Origin: an uncultured Methanosarcinales archaeon
GTDB lineage: Archaea; Nanobdellota; Nanobdellia; Woesearchaeales; GW2011-AR9
Assembly: GCA_964344235.1 (NCBI GenBank)
Contig: CAYFMJ010000005.1
Coordinates: forward strand, 1-45,797
DNA: 45,797 nucleotides
Direction of reading: 5' to 3'
Of this stretch, positions 1-7,824 are shown piece after piece (positions within the stretch are counted from its first letter, which is position 1; each line of letters begins with the position of its first letter). The notes beneath the pieces were generated by a model, which had not been told where the DNA came from, did not search any database, and worked only from the letters and a program-made list of their open reading frames with translations. Made by a program: the position numbers and the translations under genes.

Positions 1-155
1 TGTCGCAAACAAAAATATCAAGAATATGGCGAATCTGCTGGAATGAATAAAAGTCCGAAAGATTACTTAGACTGAGAATCCTGCGTATGTTCTCAGAGAA
101 TTTGTTTACCAAAAAGATGAATAAACGTCAAATGGACATACAAGCAATTTTACGA

Positions 156-461
156 TTAAGCTGTTTCTTCAGTAGCACTATATACCATTACTATCCTTTC
201 AAGTGCGTTGCCAGTGAGCATAACTTTATTGTCCGCAGTTCTTGTTAAATATCCTGCGCTAACCATCCCAGAAAGATGGTTCCTTAGACGTGGGGTAAAT
301 CTCGTTTCAGGGATTCCAACCCATTCTCCTGCTCTCTGTGATGCCGCAACCAGGGTCGCAGCTGTTTCTTCCCATTCAGATTTTCCTAATGTTCCCCCAT
401 AGGGTGTTTCCCATAAAATAGGATCTCTTGTTGCTTGAATATCATGTGGTTCATAACTCAT
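156..461 (-). CDS. Hypothetical protein (101 aa)
   Basis: Open ORF with a GAGGT SD-like motif and a TTTTTAAAAA box upstream; no family recognised. Confidence 0.6.
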   Translation of the reverse strand: MSYEPHDIQATRDPILWETPYGGTLGKSEWEETAATLVAASQRAGEWVGIPETRFTPRLRNHLSGMVSAGYLTRTADNKVMLTGNALERIVMVYSATEETA

Positions 462-629
462 TTTGTTTTACCTCGCAGATTGTTACACACCAGTACCAGC
501 TCCTATCATAAAAAAGGATGCGTTTTTTAAAAACATTCCCCTGTTTTTCGCTGAGACGATTATTTATGTTCAGCTGAATAAACCGTGATAAATAAGTCGG
601 GGGTTTTTTAATTTGGTCTGTTTCGGAGG

Positions 630-1334
630 TTATTTAGCAATCCCCCAAAGTAATTCAAAATCTTTCTTGTATCCTTCCCATATATCTTTATTTTCAATTC
701 GTATTAAAAATGGTTTCTCACGAAGAACTTGAATGATAACTTTACCTTCAAAGATAAAGGTGGTGGCATAGTTCTCAGCAGATTTTGGCAAATATTTTAT
801 TTTGAGACCTTTATATTTAGGTAAGAGTGTCTTCTTCATTGAAGGAACACCAATTACTTTGCAGTTTGAGAAGCTTTCAATTTCTTTAACGATATGGCCA
901 GCACTATATTTTAAATAATCAAAAATAAGACCTGTAGCATTGAGAACGAGAAGTTCCTTCGCTTTACGTATTTCATTGTGAATTACTTTCATGCCCTCTA
1001 ACCCTTCATATACTTCAACACTTTTGAATATAAGAGGTATTTGCGGAATCTTCTTTATGTCATTAATAAGTTCGCATGCAATAATTTCTTTCTCTTTAAT
1101 TGAAACAATTAACGATTCTGGCCGAGAAGTTCTAAAGATTCTCCGCTTGTCCCTATGAATATAGGTTATTAGCCCTTTCTCGACAAGCTGTTGGAGTATA
1201 TTATACGTGACTGTCCTGTTTGTTGATGTTTCCTTCGCCAATTGGTTTGCAGTAGCTTCACCAAGTCGAGCAAGAACAAGATAGATCGTAGATTCTTTCT
1301 CGGACAGCCCTATCTTTTGAAGTTTTTGTAACAT
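630..1334 (-). CDS. TrmB-family transcriptional regulator (paralog 1)
   Basis: LQKIGLSEKESTIYLVL...A..LAKETSTNRTVTYNILQQLVEKGLI wHTH, plus the VEVYEGLEG C-terminal domain. Start moved to ATG 1334, about 24 nt from a TTTAAAT box. Confidence 0.9.
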   Translation of the reverse strand: MLQKLQKIGLSEKESTIYLVLARLGEATANQLAKETSTNRTVTYNILQQLVEKGLITYIHRDKRRIFRTSRPESLIVSIKEKEIIACELINDIKKIPQIPLIFKSVEVYEGLEGMKVIHNEIRKAKELLVLNATGLIFDYLKYSAGHIVKEIESFSNCKVIGVPSMKKTLLPKYKGLKIKYLPKSAENYATTFIFEGKVIIQVLREKPFLIRIENKDIWEGYKKDFELLWGIAK

Positions 1335-1364
1335 GGAAGTAAAAAAATTCACTCATTTAAAAAT

Positions 1365-1385
1365 GTTGTCGTAGGACATGACAAC
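1365..1385. promoter_or_regulatory. Palindromic operator candidate between divergent genes
   Basis: GTTGTC-N9-GACAAC between the TrmB gene and the divergent ORF. Confidence 0.35.
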
Positions 1386-1421
1386 TAGGAATAATATAGT
1401 AAAACGTTGAACGGAATTGCG

Positions 1422-2114
1422 ATGATAGAAGACATTACTAACTTAATTGAAGTGAATAGAAGAGTCCAAGAAGTTGGTGCTCGGATTGATGAAATTGAAT
1501 GTGATACCTCAGAACTTCAAGTTCAGGTAATGGATATTCTTTTAGGTGAAATTATTTCAAATAGTCTTGTACTGTCTTCATTTTCATGTGGAGAAAATGT
1601 AGTAAGAGAAGATTTACTTCTACTGAAACAGTTGCGTTTTGGTTCATATGGAAATTCATTATCCAATGTTTTTGCATATAGTGAAGGGCCAGATTATAAA
1701 GCTCTAGCATTTGAACCGCCAGAGATACAACCTAGAAACAATTTTCTGGTCGTTCTATCAGATGAAAGTAGTAGAATTCGCGTATATACGTACGCTGGAG
1801 CATTTCAAGAAGAGGAGAACCGTTTTGAAAGAATAGAGGGAAAAATTGAAGGGATAGCGTATGTAGCTTTCGGTTATCAAGATACATTTAATATCAAACG
1901 TGTTCAAAGAGAAGAGTTAAATGGAATACTTTATGATCAGTTTTTACATGGGTTTGAAAAAGCAGTTGAGAAAGCTACAGACCAAATGGAGAAAAGAGCT
2001 AGATCTCTCGACCATTCTTTAAGTGAAAAAGTGAGCAGAAAAAGAAAGACTTCTTCCAAGCTGACTAAACTCCAAAGAAGTATGGGTCTTCTCCAGGCGT
2101 ATATGGTGGACTAA
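1422..2114 (+). CDS. Hypothetical protein
   Basis: Long open ORF divergent from TrmB; the first ATG is at 1422. Confidence 0.7.
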   Translation: MIEDITNLIEVNRRVQEVGARIDEIECDTSELQVQVMDILLGEIISNSLVLSSFSCGENVVREDLLLLKQLRFGSYGNSLSNVFAYSEGPDYKALAFEPPEIQPRNNFLVVLSDESSRIRVYTYAGAFQEEENRFERIEGKIEGIAYVAFGYQDTFNIKRVQREELNGILYDQFLHGFEKAVEKATDQMEKRARSLDHSLSEKVSRKRKTSSKLTKLQRSMGLLQAYMVD

Positions 2115-2119
2115 TTTAG

Positions 2120-2167
2120 TAAACATTCCTCCAGAAGCGGTTGTTCTTAGAAAGACAGGAATGTTTA
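2120..2167. repeat. Perfect 11-bp inverted repeat with 26-nt spacer
   Basis: TAAACATTCCT (2120-2130) and AGGAATGTTTA (2157-2167); intergenic. Confidence 0.7.
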
Positions 2168-2222
2168 AAAAAAATGGAAATAATTTTTCTACGAAGGCAG
2201 TTTCCTGAGTTGATACCATAAA

Positions 2223-2792
2223 ATGACCGTAATTGATTTCCCTAAGAACCCTGAACCAAGCCCTGCCGTAGCTAACTTAGAGACCATAACTTTGGCTCTA
2301 GTTAATCTCAATGAAGAAGAAAGAATTAGACCAAACCTAACTGGTGTACTCGGGAAATTCCCAGGACTTTTAGCAGAGTATCTAACCCTTAGTGAGGAAC
2401 ACAAAAAAGCGTTAGATGGGGTTTGCATAATTACATTAACCGGCGGTTGGTACGGAGATGAAATGAGACAATTGGATAGATACAGAACCCCTCATGGAAG
2501 GATAGCCTCTGACACATCTAGACCACCTGCAATGGTAGCTAGGAAATGTCGATGGGCATATCAGCTTCTAGAAATTTTCGATAGCTACACAGAGGGTGCT
2601 CCTAATAGACCATTTAATCAAAGTTACATCAAAAGCGCTGGAGGGAAAACATTGGTTGCCAACATTAGAAACCACCAAAGTATATCTATGCAAGATATCG
2701 TGAACCTTGTAGGACAAGTAAGACCTGCTATTTTGAAAGAATATCATCCACCTGGAGTAAAAAAAGCAGAAGTTATACGTCTGAGAAAATAA
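2223..2792 (+). CDS. Hypothetical protein (189 aa)
   Basis: Open ORF; no family recognised. Confidence 0.7.
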   Translation: MTVIDFPKNPEPSPAVANLETITLALVNLNEEERIRPNLTGVLGKFPGLLAEYLTLSEEHKKALDGVCIITLTGGWYGDEMRQLDRYRTPHGRIASDTSRPPAMVARKCRWAYQLLEIFDSYTEGAPNRPFNQSYIKSAGGKTLVANIRNHQSISMQDIVNLVGQVRPAILKEYHPPGVKKAEVIRLRK

Positions 2793-2854
2793 AATCTCCA
2801 GAAACCGTTTGTGGGTAGAAAGGCACGATTGTTTGTATGGGTATTATTTACAAT

Positions 2855-3286
2855 CTAGATAAACAAACCGTTACTCTTGTAATAATCTCCTGCTTCTCGG
2901 TAGGAATCAAAATCTTTGAGTAATTGAAAATATATTTGTAATTCATGCATTGACCTCTCGGCAACTAAAACAAAACCTTCTAACTCCCCACTTGGTTCCT
3001 GCAAAACTTTCCCCTCTCTCGCTGATTCCACATTTAATCTAACAGCTTCAACCAAATTTGTCGCGATGTGCCTATAATGACAATCACCTGGCAAACTTCT
3101 AAAAGAGAGACCATATTGTTCTGGAAAAGTAACTACCTCAGCACTGAGCAATCCCATAGACCCTTCTAATAATAATAACTGCCCCTCTAATTTTCCCGCA
3201 TTCATACTTGAAAGAAAATTTGATACATTTATTATAAAGTTTATCAAATAACTCTCCAATTCTGCCAAACTATTACAATTCCCCAT
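2855..3286 (-). CDS. Hypothetical protein (143 aa)
   Basis: Open ORF; no family recognised. Confidence 0.6.
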   Translation of the reverse strand: MGNCNSLAELESYLINFIINVSNFLSSMNAGKLEGQLLLLEGSMGLLSAEVVTFPEQYGLSFRSLPGDCHYRHIATNLVEAVRLNVESAREGKVLQEPSGELEGFVLVAERSMHELQIYFQLLKDFDSYREAGDYYKSNGLFI

Positions 3287-3348
3287 TACTAATCTAAACC
3301 TTATTGCATTTTTCTATCATGAATAACTCTTACCCCCCATTTATTCAT

Positions 3349-3390
3349 AGAGGGGTAATTTATTCACTTTTTGAGGCGGTCTGTTATTCA
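3349..3390. repeat. Left arm of imperfect ~43-bp inverted repeat (recombinase-site-like)
   Basis: AGAGGGGTAATTTATTCACTTTTTGAGGCGGTCTGTTATTCA aligns with the reverse complement of 3734-3777. Confidence 0.8.
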
Positions 3391-3427
3391 TACAATAAGT
3401 TAAATACTTCTTGTCATTCACACCATT

Positions 3428-3736
3428 ATGCGATCAAAAGACCATAGAGAGCTGATTAAGAGGATGACCAAGTATGTCAAGCAGGAACGATGGCAGAAGC
3501 TTCCCAAGAAGAATGGAAACGTCAAATCCATCAGCTTTACTAAAACTGGCAACCTCAAAATAATTCTTGAGGACACAACGTTCTATGTACTCAAGCGAAA
3601 CAAAAATATCTTTCAGGAAGCGCTTACCATTCAAAAAGGTGATACAATCAGCGTAGCACTACGGACTCAACTAGGAAAATATTACTGTGTTAAGCTAACA
3701 AAAAAGAAAGATATGAAACTCAAAAAGTGGCTCTGA
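3428..3736 (+). CDS. Small basic protein, possible OB-fold nucleic-acid-binding protein
   Basis: Beta-rich pattern VKSISF-TGNLKIIL-TFYVL-helix-KGDTISV-KYYCV. The fold call is inference. Confidence 0.6.
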   Translation: MRSKDHRELIKRMTKYVKQERWQKLPKKNGNVKSISFTKTGNLKIILEDTTFYVLKRNKNIFQEALTIQKGDTISVALRTQLGKYYCVKLTKKKDMKLKKWL

Positions 3737-3777
3737 ATAATAGACCCCTCAAAATATGTAAATTAATTACCCCCTCT
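3734..3777. repeat. Right arm of imperfect inverted repeat
   Basis: TGAATAATAGACCCCTCAAAATATGTAAATTAATTACCCCCTCT begins at the ORF stop codon. Confidence 0.8.
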
Positions 3778-3828
3778 GAGAAAAATGAAAAAAGTACCCC
3801 TTAAACAGTTTTCTGAATAGGGGGTAGA

Positions 3829-4404
3829 TTATTTATCAGAAAGAGGGGGGTTTTGTTTAGGAACATTAGAAGCGGCTAATTGTTGCAAACTTCTTCTCTT
3901 TTCCCATGTTGCCAAATAACCAGTTCTACGTCGACGAACTCGATCCTTACTTCCTTTCGGTCTTCCTAACTTCACACCTTGACTTTGCAAGTAACGCAAC
4001 TTCGCAATTGTTCGTTCTCGAATCATAGAGCGCTCAAGTTCAGCAACAGCTCCCATGATTTGTAAAAAGAACCTACCCTGCGCAGATTCTGTGTCAACTT
4101 CAGGACTAATACACATGAACTGCACCTTACGGTTACGAAACTCCTCAATTAACTGCAAAAGGTGCTTGAGACTACGACCAAGTCTATCCAGTTTTAAGAC
4201 CAAGATCATGTCATATTCCCTATTGCGGACCTTTTGCATCATGAGATCTAAGACTGTCCGAGAAGTCTTTGAACCACTCACTTTTTCCTCGTAGACTTCA
4301 TACGCCCAGTTCTCCCGTTTACACTTTTCAACAAGAACAGCTCGTTGGTGTTCTAAACTTTGGTCTTCTGTTGAGACCCTACAATATATTGCTACACGTT
4401 TCAT
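3829..4404 (-). CDS. Small serine recombinase (resolvase/invertase family)
   Basis: YCRVSTEDQS catalytic Ser motif, DRLGRS, ELERSMIRER and a GRPKGS tail. A GGGGTG SD supports ATG 4404. Confidence 0.93.
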   Translation of the reverse strand: MKRVAIYCRVSTEDQSLEHQRAVLVEKCKRENWAYEVYEEKVSGSKTSRTVLDLMMQKVRNREYDMILVLKLDRLGRSLKHLLQLIEEFRNRKVQFMCISPEVDTESAQGRFFLQIMGAVAELERSMIRERTIAKLRYLQSQGVKLGRPKGSKDRVRRRRTGYLATWEKRRSLQQLAASNVPKQNPPLSDK

Positions 4405-4409
4405 ATTTT

Positions 4410-4529
4410 TCACCCCATGTATATCATTGCTTTCACAAAACCACATTTGTAGCAAAGGTAATATCTTCCCTGCTTACTTCTGTGATTTTCATCAATCTCT
4501 TCACTACAATTTTCACATTCAAATTCCAT
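4410..4529 (-). CDS. 39-aa zinc-finger microprotein (CxxC...CxxC)
   Basis: MEFECENCSEEIDENHRSKQGRYYLCYKCGFVKAMIYMG, with a GGAGGTGA SD. It is the 3' part of the listed 98-aa ORF. Confidence 0.7.
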   Translation of the reverse strand: MEFECENCSEEIDENHRSKQGRYYLCYKCGFVKAMIYMG

Positions 4530-4534
4530 TTCAA

Positions 4535-4720
4535 TCACCTCCGTAATTCTTGCCAGAATTTCTTTCCTCCCAAAAGCAGTATTAAGAGACCAATCACAAT
4601 TACCGCTACCCACAATATTTTTTCTAAAGTCTCCATAGAATACATTCCACCAAAGTACATGCCAGCAAGAATTACTGCTAACAAAACAACCCCCATTGCC
4701 AACCATTTATTCGATCCCAT
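4535..4720 (-). CDS. Small two-TM membrane protein (61 aa)
   Basis: Two hydrophobic segments; GGAGGT SD; 2 nt downstream of the virB4 stop. Confidence 0.75.
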   Translation of the reverse strand: MGSNKWLAMGVVLLAVILAGMYFGGMYSMETLEKILWVAVIVIGLLILLLGGKKFWQELRR

Positions 4721-4722
4721 GT

Positions 4723-7700
4723 TTATTTACCTCCCCCTAATTTTGTCGAGTTACTTGTCGAGTTAAATTCGGCACTTTTAAGCTCAGATTTCGCACTTGT
4801 CGAGTTAAATTTCTCTCTGATAGTTGAATTTTTCATACTACTAAATTGCAACTCTACAAACTCAAGAATGTTTAACCGAAATATTATTGGTAACTGATGC
4901 CGTTTGTAACTATTATTCAAATCTTTATTAGTCAAGAAAATGTAGCACCTTTCACCATACTTTTTCTTTAACTCACCAAATTTCTTATTGTGATATGGCT
5001 TAGTACTTTTGAACTTTGCTTTGATTCCAGTTTCAACCTCTATTACTATTTCTTCACCTGCTTTGTTAGTAAATAATATGTCTGGTTTCTCGGTCCTGTA
5101 CCTTTTTACTTTATCCGTATGTTTCTTAATTTCATTATAGATTAGATTAACACAGAATGAATGTAAAGCTCCTTCGGGTGGTCTTCTCTTAACAAAGTAA
5201 CTCATATGCCTTCCTTTGGTTAAACCATGAAAATTACCCAACACATACCCGTTATTTTGTAAGAAATTACTTTGCTCCACTGTAAGACCTTTCGCAGGAT
5301 AAACATCTTGCTCAATATCTAATTCAATGTTTATATTTTCTTTATCCTGAACCTTCCCCTCTTTTTTCTCACCTTTTTTAATCATTTCATCGGGGTTTGT
5401 GGTAATCAGTTCATGTTCTTTTGGAGAGGCAATAACTTTTATCTCTTGATGTTCATTCTCCAAAATGAGAACTCCCTGCCCTCTCTCAGCAGCAACTAAG
5501 TAATCTTTCTCTGCCTGAGATAAATTAAAAGCAGTGGCAACATTACGAATCACTGCTGGCTTTTGCCTAAGTAAGAAAGTGTAGGATGTGTTGGCAAGAA
5601 CAGCATGGCCTGCTTTACTATTTACTAAATCTGCAACATCTTGCGTGATCATTAGCAGACCAAGATTAAATTTTCTGCATGTTTTCACAATTTCAAAGAC
5701 GTACGAACTCTCCTCAGCCGTCTGTAACATCGCCCACGCTTCATCAATCACTAAGATTTTTCGTTTCAACGAACTTTTCATACGCTGATAGACATAATCA
5801 AGCACAAGATACATCACAACTGGTTTCACCTGTTTTGGCATACTGCCGATGTTAAAACAAACAAAATTGTTATTGAAATTAATGTTGGTATGTTTATTCA
5901 AGAAACTAAACACGCCTTTGTCTGTATACATACCTAATCTGTTTAATAGAGCCCGACAAGTGACTTTTTCCTGCTGGACTGCTTTTCGTTCCAAACTCTT
6001 CATGACTCGGAACAAATCCTGCATCTTAGGCGGGGTTTTAGCTTTCCATGAATCTCTGTTGATCCCTTTCCGTGCATACGTTAAATCAATAGCTTTATCC
6101 AAAATAGCTTTCTGTGGTTCAGTAAGATCACCAAACATAATTTTGAACAAATCCATTAATGATAATCTCTTCTCAAGATATTCATGCCCCATTAAATCTA
6201 AAGGATTGATTATTGTTTTGGAATTCTTAGAGATAGTAATCGTTTCTCCTTTGTAATGTTCTGTAATCGCGAGATATTCACCCTGAGGGTCAATAATGAT
6301 AACATCCGCACCGTTCATAAACTGCCGCGAAATCATCAATTTAGTAAAATAGGATTTCCCTGCTCCAGAAGTTGCTAAGATAATACCATTAGCGTTCGTT
6401 AATTTGAATACATCTTTGATGTAAGGAATTTTATTTTTGTTCAAACCTAATAATATCCCGCCTTTTTGAATGTCTAAGAAGGGAGAACTAAAAGGAAAGA
6501 AAGCAGATAACCCTTCTGTGTGAATATTCCGTTTTAATTTCAGTGTATCTTTACCTAACGGCAAGAGAGATTCATACCCCTGCATACATTGGAACAGAGG
6601 AATTTTAGATTGAATCATCAACCCTTCTAAATCTGCTTTTACACGCTTAGAAACTAACTCCACTTCCTCTTTGGTATTGCCTTTACACATGATGTAAAGG
6701 GAAACATTAAACAGCTTCTGCTTCCCTCGCTGCAAATCCTCAAGAACTTTTCTTGTGGAGTTAAATTTTATCTCAAGGGAGGGATTAATTATGCCTCTTT
6801 TACTCTCAGCATAGAGATCAGCTTGCTGTTTTTGCAACTCGCGATTAAGTTGCACCATCGTTTCTTCAATTGGAAACGGCTGGATATGAATGGAGATGTC
6901 ATAGTTATCACCAGAAGAAATGATTTTATCTAAGAAACCCATCTCAACAGTGTGAGGGTAACCTCTCACTGCGATGATTTTACAAAACAAATCATTTACT
7001 TCAAAAAAATCGTGATGGAACATAATTTTCTCTGGAGATAGTAAGAACTGTGTGTAATCTTCAATGACTTGATCATCTTTCAGTTTTTTCTTTTTATTGT
7101 GCGCAACGTATTTGTAGAATAATTCTAATAATGCTTTGTCATCTAGCCGCTTAACTTTTAATCCTACGCTTTTTAATTTGTCTTCACAAACTTTGGTTTG
7201 CATGGCAATATCATCTTTTTCTGTAATAATAATGTAGAACTTTCTGTTCTTAACATTATTATCTTGTATTGATTTTTTAAGGGATCTACAGTAGGAGTCA
7301 AAGAATTTGGGATATTTCTTTGTAGTTTTTTTTAAATGTTTAAAGTGATCTTTTAAGTTGATAGTTGTACTATTTATATGAATTTGAATTGGAAAATCTA
7401 ACGAGTTAAGAAATTTCTGGAATGCAGTAATAATCCCCGCTTGATCATCTTCCGCTTTAATCATGAAATTGAGTGGAATAACTTCCAGAATTACAACTTT
7501 TGTCTTCGAGGTTGTAATAATGTTATTTTTGATTTCTTTAATACTAACCAAATGTTTTAGTTTCTCACTATTGACATTAACTTCTTGATTAGTTAAATGT
7601 TTAACCAAATCTTTTGTTTGCTTCAATCCATCAAAAAACATAAAGAAAAAAGTGATTGCTACAATCACAGTAGCAATAGGTATTAACACTGGAAGTGTTA

Positions 7701-7824
7701 AATTTAATTTTAATAACCCAACAAATAGTAGTAATGCAGGGAAAGCATAGCCTAACTGTTCAAACGTTAACCCAAACACTATCTTTTCCTTATGTTGCAA
7801 TTGTGGAGGTATGTCGTAACTCAT
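4723..7824 (-). CDS. virB4: PrgI/VirB3-like membrane domain fused to VirB4-type ATPase, with C-terminal PD-(D/E)xK-like domain
   Basis: N-terminal HKEKIVFGLTFEQL plus 2 TM (PrgI-like); Walker A ATSGAGKS; IIIDPQGEY; Walker B LVIDEAW; RKFNLGLLMITQ; C-terminal KPDILF...IEVETG. Confidence 0.88.
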   Translation of the reverse strand: MSYDIPPQLQHKEKIVFGLTFEQLGYAFPALLLFVGLLKLNLTLPVLIPIATVIVAITFFFMFFDGLKQTKDLVKHLTNQEVNVNSEKLKHLVSIKEIKNNIITTSKTKVVILEVIPLNFMIKAEDDQAGIITAFQKFLNSLDFPIQIHINSTTINLKDHFKHLKKTTKKYPKFFDSYCRSLKKSIQDNNVKNRKFYIIITEKDDIAMQTKVCEDKLKSVGLKVKRLDDKALLELFYKYVAHNKKKKLKDDQVIEDYTQFLLSPEKIMFHHDFFEVNDLFCKIIAVRGYPHTVEMGFLDKIISSGDNYDISIHIQPFPIEETMVQLNRELQKQQADLYAESKRGIINPSLEIKFNSTRKVLEDLQRGKQKLFNVSLYIMCKGNTKEEVELVSKRVKADLEGLMIQSKIPLFQCMQGYESLLPLGKDTLKLKRNIHTEGLSAFFPFSSPFLDIQKGGILLGLNKNKIPYIKDVFKLTNANGIILATSGAGKSYFTKLMISRQFMNGADVIIIDPQGEYLAITEHYKGETITISKNSKTIINPLDLMGHEYLEKRLSLMDLFKIMFGDLTEPQKAILDKAIDLTYARKGINRDSWKAKTPPKMQDLFRVMKSLERKAVQQEKVTCRALLNRLGMYTDKGVFSFLNKHTNINFNNNFVCFNIGSMPKQVKPVVMYLVLDYVYQRMKSSLKRKILVIDEAWAMLQTAEESSYVFEIVKTCRKFNLGLLMITQDVADLVNSKAGHAVLANTSYTFLLRQKPAVIRNVATAFNLSQAEKDYLVAAERGQGVLILENEHQEIKVIASPKEHELITTNPDEMIKKGEKKEGKVQDKENINIELDIEQDVYPAKGLTVEQSNFLQNNGYVLGNFHGLTKGRHMSYFVKRRPPEGALHSFCVNLIYNEIKKHTDKVKRYRTEKPDILFTNKAGEEIVIEVETGIKAKFKSTKPYHNKKFGELKKKYGERCYIFLTNKDLNNSYKRHQLPIIFRLNILEFVELQFSSMKNSTIREKFNSTSAKSELKSAEFNSTSNSTKLGGGK
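4743..4811. repeat. Three copies of TTGTCGAGTTA within the virB4 3' end
   Basis: Copies at 4743, 4755 and 4797; the 17-mer ACTTGTCGAGTTAAATT occurs at 4753 and 4795. Confidence 0.75.

Noticed and set aside
1-75. Possible 3' end of a gene entering the window (CRKQKY...DYLD*)
   Set aside because: Only 24 open codons with no recognisable motif.
3829-4404. IS607-family transposase interpretation of the serine recombinase
   Set aside because: No N-terminal MerR-like HTH and no adjacent tnpB.
4410-4706. 98-aa ORF as listed in the track
   Set aside because: Its 5' part overlaps the 61-aa membrane gene; the SD motif supports the 39-aa product from 4529.
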